From NCBI GenBank assembly GCA_900769965.1, contig CAAGIQ010000065.1:1-28048 (forward strand): a stretch of DNA of 28,048 nt. The letters run 5' to 3'. The position numbers and the translations under genes are program-made. This document shows positions 9,460-17,859 of the stretch, one piece after another (position 1 is the stretch's first letter; every line of letters begins with the position of its first letter). Source of the DNA: Bacilli bacterium. GTDB lineage: Bacteria; Bacillota_I; Bacilli_A; RFN20; CAG-288. The notes beneath the pieces were generated by a model. It had not been told where the DNA came from, made no database searches, and saw nothing but the letters and a program-made list of their open reading frames with translations.

Positions 9460-9540
9460 ATTTAGTTTCTCCTTTCTTTTGATACATATTATATATGTAT
9501 TTTCAATAATTGTAAGCAATATGCTCAATTATCTTTTTGA

Positions 9541-9582
9541 AAAATAAAGTTTCAAGCCAATTCATAACTTGAAACTTATTTT
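9541..9582 (-). terminator. Terminator after tig
   Basis: Inverted repeat AAAATAAAGTTTCAAG / CTTGAAACTTATTTT just after the tig stop. Confidence 0.7.
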
Positions 9583-9595
9583 TAAAAGATCTTAA

Positions 9596-10903
9596 TTAGT
9601 TGTTATTAAGGAGGTATTCGTTAATCTTTTCGCTGATAACGGAATCCTTAACGTTACTTATATAGCCGTCGACGTTGAAAGATGGGTTTTTCTTTCTTTG
9701 TTCTTCAGCAGCTTTCATGATTTCATCAAACTTCTCTTTACCACCGAATTTAGCTTCTAATTCTTCTTGAGTGCATTCGATGTTCAAGGTGTTTTGTAAA
9801 CCGCGGATAATAGCGTATTTCTCAACTTCAACCTTAGCTTGTTTAAGAGAATTTTCATTGAATTGATCTAAGGTTAAACCTGTCAACTTCAAGTATTCAT
9901 CTAAGTTTAAGCCATATTGTTTGAATTGGTTAAGTTGATTTTGTTGAATTTGGTTAGAAACCAATTCGACATATTTATCGTTGACGATGATGTTGCTATT
10001 CTCTTTAACTAAATCGAAGACTTTGTTCAACTTAGCGTTTCTAGCGTTGGTCTTGAAGTTAGCGTTTAACTTCTCTTCAACAGCTTTCTTGAATTCTTCA
10101 ACGCTCTTACAATCTTTGTAATCGTTTAAAGAAGCGATGAATTCTTCGTTAAGTTCTGGGAGAACAACTTTCTTAACGCCTTTACATAAGACAGCGAATT
10201 TAGCTTTCTTGTTAGCTAAAGAAGCTAAGTAATTCTCTGGGAAAGTAACTTCGATAGTTCTCTTTTCGCCTTCTTTGATACCAACTAAAGCTTCTTCAAA
10301 ACCTGGAACGAAGCTGTGGCTACCTAAGACTAAATCGTAATCTTGAGCGGAACCACCATCGAATTCCTTGTTGTCAACATAACCGGTGAAGTCGATTGTG
10401 ACGTGATCATCGTTACAAGCTTCTTCTTGAGAAGGAACTAATTCAGCACCATCTTTTAACAATCTATTAACTTCAGCATTGACATCGTCTTCAGAAGCGA
10501 CTTTAACATCTTCCTTGACGTCGAAACCAGAACATTTTTTGATTTCGGCTTCTGGGAATTTTACAAATACATATAAGAAGTTGTAGATGTCGTTCTTTTG
10601 GTCGTAATCGACAGATAATGTTGGTTGAACGTTAGCGACATCTTCTGGTTTATCAAAACCATCTAAAAGAGTTGGGAAATCTCTATCGATGATCTTGTTA
10701 ACCATACCGTTATAAAGATCTTCATTAGAGACGTATCTCATAGCTAAATCGCGTGGAGCTTTACCTTTTCTAAAACCTTTAACAGTAACGTTTTCCAAAA
10801 GTTTATTCATAACTTTTGTTAAAACTGGTTGATAGTCAGCTCTAGCGTATGAAACGGAAACGTTCAATGTTCCGTCGTGGTTGTCTTTAAAAATCTTTTC
10901 CAT
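9596..10903 (-). CDS. tig: Trigger factor
   Basis: Ribosome-binding signature GFRKGKAP; FKBP domain (IDFTGYVDNKEFDGG...LGSHSFVPGFEE...VTFPENY). Confidence 0.96.
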   Translation of the reverse strand: MEKIFKDNHDGTLNVSVSYARADYQPVLTKVMNKLLENVTVKGFRKGKAPRDLAMRYVSNEDLYNGMVNKIIDRDFPTLLDGFDKPEDVANVQPTLSVDYDQKNDIYNFLYVFVKFPEAEIKKCSGFDVKEDVKVASEDDVNAEVNRLLKDGAELVPSQEEACNDDHVTIDFTGYVDNKEFDGGSAQDYDLVLGSHSFVPGFEEALVGIKEGEKRTIEVTFPENYLASLANKKAKFAVLCKGVKKVVLPELNEEFIASLNDYKDCKSVEEFKKAVEEKLNANFKTNARNAKLNKVFDLVKENSNIIVNDKYVELVSNQIQQNQLNQFKQYGLNLDEYLKLTGLTLDQFNENSLKQAKVEVEKYAIIRGLQNTLNIECTQEELEAKFGGKEKFDEIMKAAEEQRKKNPSFNVDGYISNVKDSVISEKINEYLLNNN

Positions 10904-11003
10904 TTTTTCCTCCGAATTATACTTTTTTTAACTCTATAAACTACTTTTAAGTTTTTAATAGTGCAACATTATATAATATACAATTTATTGCAAAATTTGA
11001 CAA

Positions 11004-13406
11004 TTATCTTTTGATAGGTTCTAGATGCCAAATCTCATCGTTGTATTGCTTGATGGTTCTATCGGAGGAGAAATATCCAGCCTTAGAAACGTTAACTAAG
11101 CACATCTTAGCCCATCTCGATCTACCTAAGTACAACTCTTCTGTCTTCTTGCTAGCCTTTAAGTAGCTGTCGAAGTCCTTCAAGATAAAGTACTCATCTC
11201 CTCTGTACATGATTTCATCGAAAATCATTCTAAATCTATCTTTGTTTTGATCGAAGGTTCCATCTAATAAGGAATCCATAACTTTTTTAACATCGCTTGA
11301 TGAATTATAAACATCGAATGGATTATAAGAGTTCTCGAATCTGATCTTGTTAATCTCATCTTCGTGTAAACCGAAGATAACAGCATTTTCATCTCCAACT
11401 AACTTAGCGATTTCAACATTAGCACCATCTAAAGTACCAAGTGTAACGGCTCCGTTAATCATGAACTTCATGTTAGAAGTGCCGCTAGCTTCCTTACCAG
11501 CAGTGGAGATCTGTTCGCTAACATCAGCAGCAGGAATTATAACTTCAGCTTTAGAAACACCGTAGTTTTCAATGAAGACAACCTTCATAAACTTGTTGAC
11601 TTCTGGATCGTTATTAACCTTATTTGCAACAGCTAAGATAAGTTCAATAATCTTCTTAGCATAGACGTAAGAAGGAGCTGCCTTCGCACCGAAGATGAAG
11701 GTGTGAGGATACATCTTAAAGTCTTTATTTGTTTTTATTTGTTGATAGTAATGGATGATTCTAAAGATGTTCATAAGTTGTCTCTTATAAGCGTGGAGAC
11801 GTTTGATTTGAACATCGAATATAGAATTCTCATCGACATCGATATTGTTTTCTTTCTTAATTAAGTCGATTAAAGCTTTCTTATTATGCTTTTTGATCTC
11901 ATTAACTTTATTTAATACATCTTTGTCATCGACATATTTTCCTAATTTTTCTAAATCATCAGGATTCATAATCCAGCTATCGCCGATTAAGGAAGTAACA
12001 TAATCTGATAATTCTCTATTAGCAGCTAAGAACCATCTTCTATGGGTGATACCATTAGTCTTGTTGTTGAACTTCCATGGGTAGATGGAATAGAGATCTT
12101 TGAAGGTATCAGCTTTTAAGATGTCGGTATGTAACTTAGCAACGCCGTTAACTGAGAAAGCGACGTGGATAGCTAATTGACACATTCTAACCATGCCATC
12201 TTTGATGATAACCGAGTTATCGATAACCGATTGGGAAAGATGTTTTTCACGCATGGAGATAAGTGTTCTTCTGTTGATCTCTTCGATAATCATGTAGACA
12301 CGTGGGCAGAGGTTAGCGATGTAATGACATGGCCATTTCTCCAAAGCTTCAGCCATAACTGTGTGGTTAGTAAATGCAAAGCATTTAGTAGCGATTTCAT
12401 AAGCTTTATCCCAGCCGTAATCGTGTTCATCCATCAACAATCTCATGAGTTCAGGAATAGCCATGATCGGGTGAGTATCGTTAAGTTGGAAGACGTAGTG
12501 ATCAGGAAGATTATCGTAGGTCTTATACTTTCTATAATGAGCTCTTAAAGCGGATTGTAAACCAGCGGAAACTAAGAAATATTGTTGACGCAATCTCAAT
12601 AACTTTCCGTTTTCAGTCGTATCATCTGGATATAAACCATGGGTGATATTTCTGACGAAATTCAAGTATTCGGTGAAGCTTTCACCTTGTGGAATATCTT
12701 CATCAGCTGGTTCAGCGGTCCATAATCTTAAAGTGTTAGTAACTTTGTTGTCGTAACCGATTATAGAAACATCGCATGGAATAGCTAAAACTTTTAATGC
12801 GTTAACTGTTCTTCTCTTGTATTCACCATTTTCATAATATGTTTCAGCATTGCCGTAGAAATTAACGGTAACAGCATGTTTTGGCTTTCTAATTTCCCAA
12901 ACGTTGCCGTTAACTAACCATTGATCTGGCAATTCTTCTTGGTGTCCATTTTTAATCTTTTGACGGAAGAAACCGTAATCGTAACGGATGCAATTTCCGT
13001 GTCCTGCTAAGCCTAAAGAGGCGATAGAGTCCATGAAGCAAGCTGCTAATCTACCTAAGCCACCATTACCTAAACCGGCATCTGCTTCCTGATCTTCTAA
13101 CTTTTCTAAATCTAATCCTAAGTCAGCTAAACCTTCTTTAACAACGTTGTAAACACCTAAGTTAATCATGTTGTTAGAAAGCAAACGACCGATCAAGAAT
13201 TCCATCGAGAAATAAATCAATTGCTTGTTTCCGGATTCAGTAACTTCATCCTTACATTCCTTGGCGTTAATCGTCGCAGCATCTCTAACCATCGAACCTA
13301 AGATATCGTAACATTCAGTGATGTCACAAGCTTTGATATCACGGCCATATTTTTCAATTAATCTAACTTGAAATTCCTTTTTAAAAGCTTCTTTATTTTC
13401 AAACAT
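11004..13406 (-). CDS. glgP: Glycogen/starch/alpha-glucan phosphorylase (GT35)
   Basis: GLGNGGLGRLAACFMDS, QLNDTHP, QIKRLHAYKRQ and PLP site EASGTSNMKF. Confidence 0.96.
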   Translation of the reverse strand: MFENKEAFKKEFQVRLIEKYGRDIKACDITECYDILGSMVRDAATINAKECKDEVTESGNKQLIYFSMEFLIGRLLSNNMINLGVYNVVKEGLADLGLDLEKLEDQEADAGLGNGGLGRLAACFMDSIASLGLAGHGNCIRYDYGFFRQKIKNGHQEELPDQWLVNGNVWEIRKPKHAVTVNFYGNAETYYENGEYKRRTVNALKVLAIPCDVSIIGYDNKVTNTLRLWTAEPADEDIPQGESFTEYLNFVRNITHGLYPDDTTENGKLLRLRQQYFLVSAGLQSALRAHYRKYKTYDNLPDHYVFQLNDTHPIMAIPELMRLLMDEHDYGWDKAYEIATKCFAFTNHTVMAEALEKWPCHYIANLCPRVYMIIEEINRRTLISMREKHLSQSVIDNSVIIKDGMVRMCQLAIHVAFSVNGVAKLHTDILKADTFKDLYSIYPWKFNNKTNGITHRRWFLAANRELSDYVTSLIGDSWIMNPDDLEKLGKYVDDKDVLNKVNEIKKHNKKALIDLIKKENNIDVDENSIFDVQIKRLHAYKRQLMNIFRIIHYYQQIKTNKDFKMYPHTFIFGAKAAPSYVYAKKIIELILAVANKVNNDPEVNKFMKVVFIENYGVSKAEVIIPAADVSEQISTAGKEASGTSNMKFMINGAVTLGTLDGANVEIAKLVGDENAVIFGLHEDEINKIRFENSYNPFDVYNSSSDVKKVMDSLLDGTFDQNKDRFRMIFDEIMYRGDEYFILKDFDSYLKASKKTEELYLGRSRWAKMCLVNVSKAGYFSSDRTIKQYNDEIWHLEPIKR

Positions 13407-13410
13407 TTAA

Positions 13411-15309
13411 TTACTCCTTATCTTGTTTTTGTTCAGAATCTTTTTGTGAGACAACTTCTTTTACTTCTTCCTTCTTCGGAGCGATATATTTTAAGTAAAT
13501 AGCGCTAAATGAAGCAATTTGTAAAGAGATTGAATGAGCTTGATTGTGCATGCTAATCGGACGAGAAACTAGTGGAAGACCATTGTACTGATCAGAGCCA
13601 CCATAGACTCCCTTATCCGAGTTAAACACCTCTTCATAACTTCCTTCAAATGGTACACCAACCTCATATGAATGATAGAAGTTAGGAGTCATATTGAAGA
13701 TGAATATCATCGTCTCGTCTTTATATGTACGACGGAATACAAATATCGATTGCATCGAGTTATCGACGATGATCCAACGGAAGTTAGCAGGATTATATTC
13801 TTCCATATACATCGATTGATGATTTCTGTAGATGAGGTTTAAATCTCTCATCATACGGGATACCGAATCGTGTTTTGGGAATTCTTTAAGTTTCCAGGTT
13901 AATGAACGTTTTTCATTCCACTCGTCAAAGGAAGCTAATTCATTACCCATGAAGTTGAGTTTCTTACCTGGGTGAGCAAATTGATAGGCGTAAAGATTTC
14001 TAACTAAAGCAAACTTAGTATCATAAGAACCAAACATCTTGTTGATGATTGTTCCCTTTCCATGAACTACTTCATCGTGAGAAAGAGGTAACATAAAGTT
14101 TTCAGAATAGAAGTAAGCCATGGAGAAAGTAATCTTGTTATGGCAGTACTGCTTGTAAATCGGATCGGTACCATAATATTTTAAGGTATCGTTCATCCAA
14201 CCTAAATCCCACTTGTAGTCGAAGCCAAGTCCATCTTGCGAGAAGCCCTTAGTAACTTGACCATAAGCAGATGAATCTTCTGCAATCATCATTACTGATG
14301 GATATTTTTCATGAATCATTCTGTTAGCATTTCTAACAAAACCGACGCCACCTTCGTTAACGCCTCTAGATGAATCACCTCCGTAATAGATGACATTAGA
14401 AACCGCATCTAATCTTAAGCCGTCGAAGTGGAAATAATCTAGGAAATAACACATCGATGAGATCAAGAAGCTTCTAACTATATCTTTACCTAAGTCGAAG
14501 TTCTTAGTTCCCCATTGAGAGTACTCGCTGTCCCCGCTGTATTCGTAGACACACGAACCATCGAAACGGCATAATCCATAATCATCGGTAGCGAAGTGAA
14601 CAGGAACGAAATCGAGGATGACACCGATTCCCGCTTTATGCATCTGATTGACAAATGACATCAACTGTTTTGGATTTCCATATCTCGAATCAACCGAATA
14701 GTAACCTGTAACTTGATATCCCCATGATCCATCGAATGGATACTGAGTAATCGGCATAATTTCAATATGCGTATATCCATGATATTTTATATAGTCGATA
14801 AGTTTTGGAGCTATCTCTTCATATGATAGATACCTTCCATCCTGCATTCCTAACCAGCTACCTAAATGCATCTCGTAAATGCTCATAGGTCTATCGAAAT
14901 TTCTGTTTCGATCCTTTAAGAAATCTTCATCATCAAACTCGAAACCTTCGATATCGAAAACTCTCGAATTAGAGAGAGGTCTTAAATCTGAGAAGAAAGC
15001 GAACGGATCAGCTTTATCTCTCCAAATGTCATCAACACCTAATATGTGATACTTGTAGTTATCGTATTGCTTAACACCTTTAACAAAAAGTTTAAATAGT
15101 CCTCTGTAATCGACTTTTTCCATCTCGCTTCCTAAAATGCTCCAGGAATTAAATGTACCAATTACATTAATTCTTTTTGCTTGTGGTGCGTAAACGACGA
15201 ATTCGACACCTTCTTCTCCGTCCTCATTCTTTTTGAGATGAGCGCCGAAGTATTTGTAGGCATCAGTTAGTCGTCCGTAAAGAAAATCTTCAAACCAATT
15301 ATTCGACAT
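13411..15309 (-). CDS. glgB: 1,4-alpha-glucan branching enzyme (GH13)
   Basis: IYEMHLGSW, SWGYQ, DGLRLDAV (nucleophile), AEDSS and SHDEVVHGK. Confidence 0.96.
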   Translation of the reverse strand: MSNNWFEDFLYGRLTDAYKYFGAHLKKNEDGEEGVEFVVYAPQAKRINVIGTFNSWSILGSEMEKVDYRGLFKLFVKGVKQYDNYKYHILGVDDIWRDKADPFAFFSDLRPLSNSRVFDIEGFEFDDEDFLKDRNRNFDRPMSIYEMHLGSWLGMQDGRYLSYEEIAPKLIDYIKYHGYTHIEIMPITQYPFDGSWGYQVTGYYSVDSRYGNPKQLMSFVNQMHKAGIGVILDFVPVHFATDDYGLCRFDGSCVYEYSGDSEYSQWGTKNFDLGKDIVRSFLISSMCYFLDYFHFDGLRLDAVSNVIYYGGDSSRGVNEGGVGFVRNANRMIHEKYPSVMMIAEDSSAYGQVTKGFSQDGLGFDYKWDLGWMNDTLKYYGTDPIYKQYCHNKITFSMAYFYSENFMLPLSHDEVVHGKGTIINKMFGSYDTKFALVRNLYAYQFAHPGKKLNFMGNELASFDEWNEKRSLTWKLKEFPKHDSVSRMMRDLNLIYRNHQSMYMEEYNPANFRWIIVDNSMQSIFVFRRTYKDETMIFIFNMTPNFYHSYEVGVPFEGSYEEVFNSDKGVYGGSDQYNGLPLVSRPISMHNQAHSISLQIASFSAIYLKYIAPKKEEVKEVVSQKDSEQKQDKE

Positions 15310-15410
15310 AAATTACCCCTTTATATGTTGTAATAGTGTGTATAACACCTTTTATATCTTATCAAACAAGGTGACTAAATTAAAGAAGTATATATAATAT
15401 ACTTTGCTTA

Positions 15411-15424
15411 AGAAACCGCTTTAA
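15411..15424. promoter_or_regulatory. Possible cre/LacI-family operator between divergent glgB and ackA
   Basis: AGAAACCGCTTTAA matches the cre consensus TGWNANCGNTNWCA with two mismatches. Confidence 0.35.
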
Positions 15425-15507
15425 CAAAATTTTTTATCGATTTATTTGAAATGTTTTGATTTTTTTCACTTAAAGCACAATTTTAACTACGTTTAAACGA
15501 CTATAAA

Positions 15508-15536
15508 TTGAAAATGAATAAACTGAATAGTAATAT
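15508..15536 (+). promoter_or_regulatory. Sigma-A-like promoter of ackA
   Basis: TTGAAA-17 nt-TAATAT upstream of the AAGGAG RBS. Confidence 0.55.
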
Positions 15537-15564
15537 ATAGTGTGAAAAAAGGAGTTCATATAAA

Positions 15565-16767
15565 ATGTATAAAGTAATGAGTGTTAACGCTGGTAGTTCC
15601 AGCCTCAAATTCAAATTGTTCGAAATGCCTGAAGAAGTCGTTATCGCCTCTGGTATCGTCGAGAGAATCGGTCATGATGACGCTATTTTCACCATCAAAA
15701 AACCTGACGGATTCAAAAAGACTGAAGTCTTAGAAGTTGTCGATCATGCCGTCGCTGTCGACTTAGTTCTCAACGGTTTAATCGAACAAAATATAGTTAA
15801 GAGTTTAGATGAAATCAAAGGTGTTGGTCACCGTATCGTTCAAGGTGGTAAATACTTTGCAGATTCCGCTGTCTTCGACAAAGATACCGAAGATAAGATC
15901 GAATCTTTGATTCCATTAGCACCTCTTCATAACGCTGCTCACCTAGTCGGTTTTAGAGCATTTAAGAAAGCTTTACCAGATGTTGGTGAAGTCGCTGTCT
16001 TCGATACCGCCTTCCACCAAACCATGCCAGAAGAAGAATATCTATTCCCAATCAAATATGAATATTCCATGCAATACGATATTAGAAGATACGGAGCTCA
16101 TGGAACATCACATAAATATTTAAGCGAACTAGTTAACCACAAATACTTAAACGATAAGAAAGATTCTTGTATCATCACCTGCCACATCGGTAGCGGAAGT
16201 TCATTAGCTGCAGTTAAAAACGGAAAATGTATCTCCACAACCATGGGTCTTACTCCTTTAGGTGGTGTCATGATGGGTACTCGTACCGGCGATATGGATC
16301 CTTCTGTCTTCAACTACTTAGTTACTTGCACTGGTAAATCTGCCGAACAGATCTATCAAGAATTCAACAAAGAATCCGGTTTATTAGGTGTCTCCGGCGT
16401 TTCAAACGATACAAGAGATATCGAAGCTGGAGCAGCTAACGGTAATGAGAGATGCGTATTAGCTATGAAGATGTTCGCTAATAGAATCGCTTCCTTCATC
16501 GGTAACTACTTCATCAAATTAGGCCATGTCGATGCCATCGTCTTCTCCGCTGGTATTGGAGAAAACGCTCCAGAGTACAGAGAAGCTATCATCGATGACT
16601 GCAAGGAAGCTATGAAGTTAGAACTCGATAAAGGAGCTAACAAAGAAATAAGATTCGGAAAAGAAGGTATCATCTCTACCCCATCCTCTTCCTGCCCAAT
16701 CATCGTCGTTCCAACCGATGAAGAATTGATGATTGCTCGCGATACAGTAAGACTTCTTAAACTCTAG
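15565..16767 (+). CDS. ackA: Acetate kinase
   Basis: NAGSSSLK, GHRIVQGG, APLHN, FDTAFHQT, RRYGAHGTSH, MGTRTGDMDP and PTDEE. Confidence 0.97.
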   Translation: MYKVMSVNAGSSSLKFKLFEMPEEVVIASGIVERIGHDDAIFTIKKPDGFKKTEVLEVVDHAVAVDLVLNGLIEQNIVKSLDEIKGVGHRIVQGGKYFADSAVFDKDTEDKIESLIPLAPLHNAAHLVGFRAFKKALPDVGEVAVFDTAFHQTMPEEEYLFPIKYEYSMQYDIRRYGAHGTSHKYLSELVNHKYLNDKKDSCIITCHIGSGSSLAAVKNGKCISTTMGLTPLGGVMMGTRTGDMDPSVFNYLVTCTGKSAEQIYQEFNKESGLLGVSGVSNDTRDIEAGAANGNERCVLAMKMFANRIASFIGNYFIKLGHVDAIVFSAGIGENAPEYREAIIDDCKEAMKLELDKGANKEIRFGKEGIISTPSSSCPIIVVPTDEELMIARDTVRLLKL

Positions 16768-16793
16768 TCTCTCATTCGTCTCAAAGTTTTATC

Positions 16794-16819
16794 AAAGCTC
16801 GTTTATTCGAGCTTTTTTT
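16794..16819 (+). terminator. Terminator of ackA
   Basis: AAAGCTCG-TTTATT-CGAGCTTT followed by a T run. Confidence 0.85.
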
Positions 16820-16820
16820 G

Positions 16821-16848
16821 TTGAAATCTAAAAAATAAATATTAAAAT
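16821..16848 (+). promoter_or_regulatory. Sigma-A-like promoter of the lipoprotein gene (possibly leaderless)
   Basis: TTGAAA-16 nt-TAAAAT, ending 6 nt before the ATG; no properly spaced SD. Confidence 0.5.
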
Positions 16849-16854
16849 AAGGCT

Positions 16855-17841
16855 ATGAAAAACAAAAGTTTAAAACTCGGCTTAGTCCTCTCTTCAATCA
16901 TAAATCTCACGTCTTGCACTAGTGTAGATAAAGTACGTCTTTTTAAATCTAGTCAAGATAATTTTTCTTCATATGTCGAATTAAACGATAAAGAACTTGT
17001 CGAGAAACAAGCTCAAAACGAAGATATCGTTGTTTTCGCCTATCTAGAAGGCTGCTCCGCTTGCAAGACTTTAAAAGAACATATCTACGATTATGTAAAA
17101 GAGACGAAAGCGATAATCTACGCTATTGAAAACTACTATTACAACATGATTGAAGTCAGCGAAAACTTCCCGCTACTTAACGGATTTCCTACCATTCTAT
17201 TCTATAGAGAAGGAAAACTTATAAATCAAAACTCCGGAACTCCTTCTACCTATCAAAAATTTAAGAAGCTTATGAATGATAACACCTACCTAACTAACAT
17301 AAACGTAGTTAACGACTTTAAGTTAGTAGAAGGTAGCAATATCGAAGGAAAATATAAGTATTACCATATCGATTACACCTCTACAGATATCCTAGATGAG
17401 CTCATCAGTTCTAAAACTTGTAAAGTTCTCTTCTCCTGGGATAAGTGCAACGACTGCAAGAGCCTTATAAAAGAATATATGTTCTTAGACAAGGTCTTAA
17501 AGATGCCAACTGATTACTACATATATAAAGTTAACTACTTCCGTGAAAAGAAAAATGAAGATATTTCTATTTGGACTAATTTCGCTCAAAAATACGGATT
17601 TGATACTTTTAGAGAAGGAAAAGTTCCAACCTATGTCAAATACGTCGACGGGGTTAAAAGCGACATGGTAGTCTACCTAAACGAAGGCGATATATACGAA
17701 GAAGATGGTTATTTCCTATATAAAGAAGCGTTCTTTGACGAAGTTAACAATCTTAGATGCAAATCGAAAGATGAGCTTAGAGAAGAAGCTAAAAAGATCG
17801 AACTAAATAAGTTTGATGAATTTCTTGGAATCAAAAAATGA
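16855..17841 (+). CDS. Lipoprotein with two thioredoxin-like domains
   Basis: Signal peptide with lipobox LTSC (Cys21); domain 1 CSAC...GFPT and domain 2 CNDC...KVPT (CxxC plus cis-Pro pattern twice). Confidence 0.7.
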   Translation: MKNKSLKLGLVLSSIINLTSCTSVDKVRLFKSSQDNFSSYVELNDKELVEKQAQNEDIVVFAYLEGCSACKTLKEHIYDYVKETKAIIYAIENYYYNMIEVSENFPLLNGFPTILFYREGKLINQNSGTPSTYQKFKKLMNDNTYLTNINVVNDFKLVEGSNIEGKYKYYHIDYTSTDILDELISSKTCKVLFSWDKCNDCKSLIKEYMFLDKVLKMPTDYYIYKVNYFREKKNEDISIWTNFAQKYGFDTFREGKVPTYVKYVDGVKSDMVVYLNEGDIYEEDGYFLYKEAFFDEVNNLRCKSKDELREEAKKIELNKFDEFLGIKK

Positions 17842-17859
17842 GGTCAACGCCTCATTTTT
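17833..17859. terminator. Bidirectional terminator between convergent genes
   Basis: AAAAATGAGG-TCAACG-CCTCATTTTT, overlapping both convergent stop codons. Confidence 0.8.

Noticed and set aside
9460..9540. CIRCE/HrcA operator upstream of lon (or tig)
   Set aside because: Only AT-rich palindromes (ATACATAT...ATATGTAT; TAAGCA-ATA-TGCTCA) are present, with no TTAGCACTC-N9-GAGTGCTAA match
15386..15404. Shared ATATTATATAT palindrome core upstream of glgB and lon
   Set aside because: Low-complexity AT sequence overlapping probable -10 boxes; cannot be distinguished from chance
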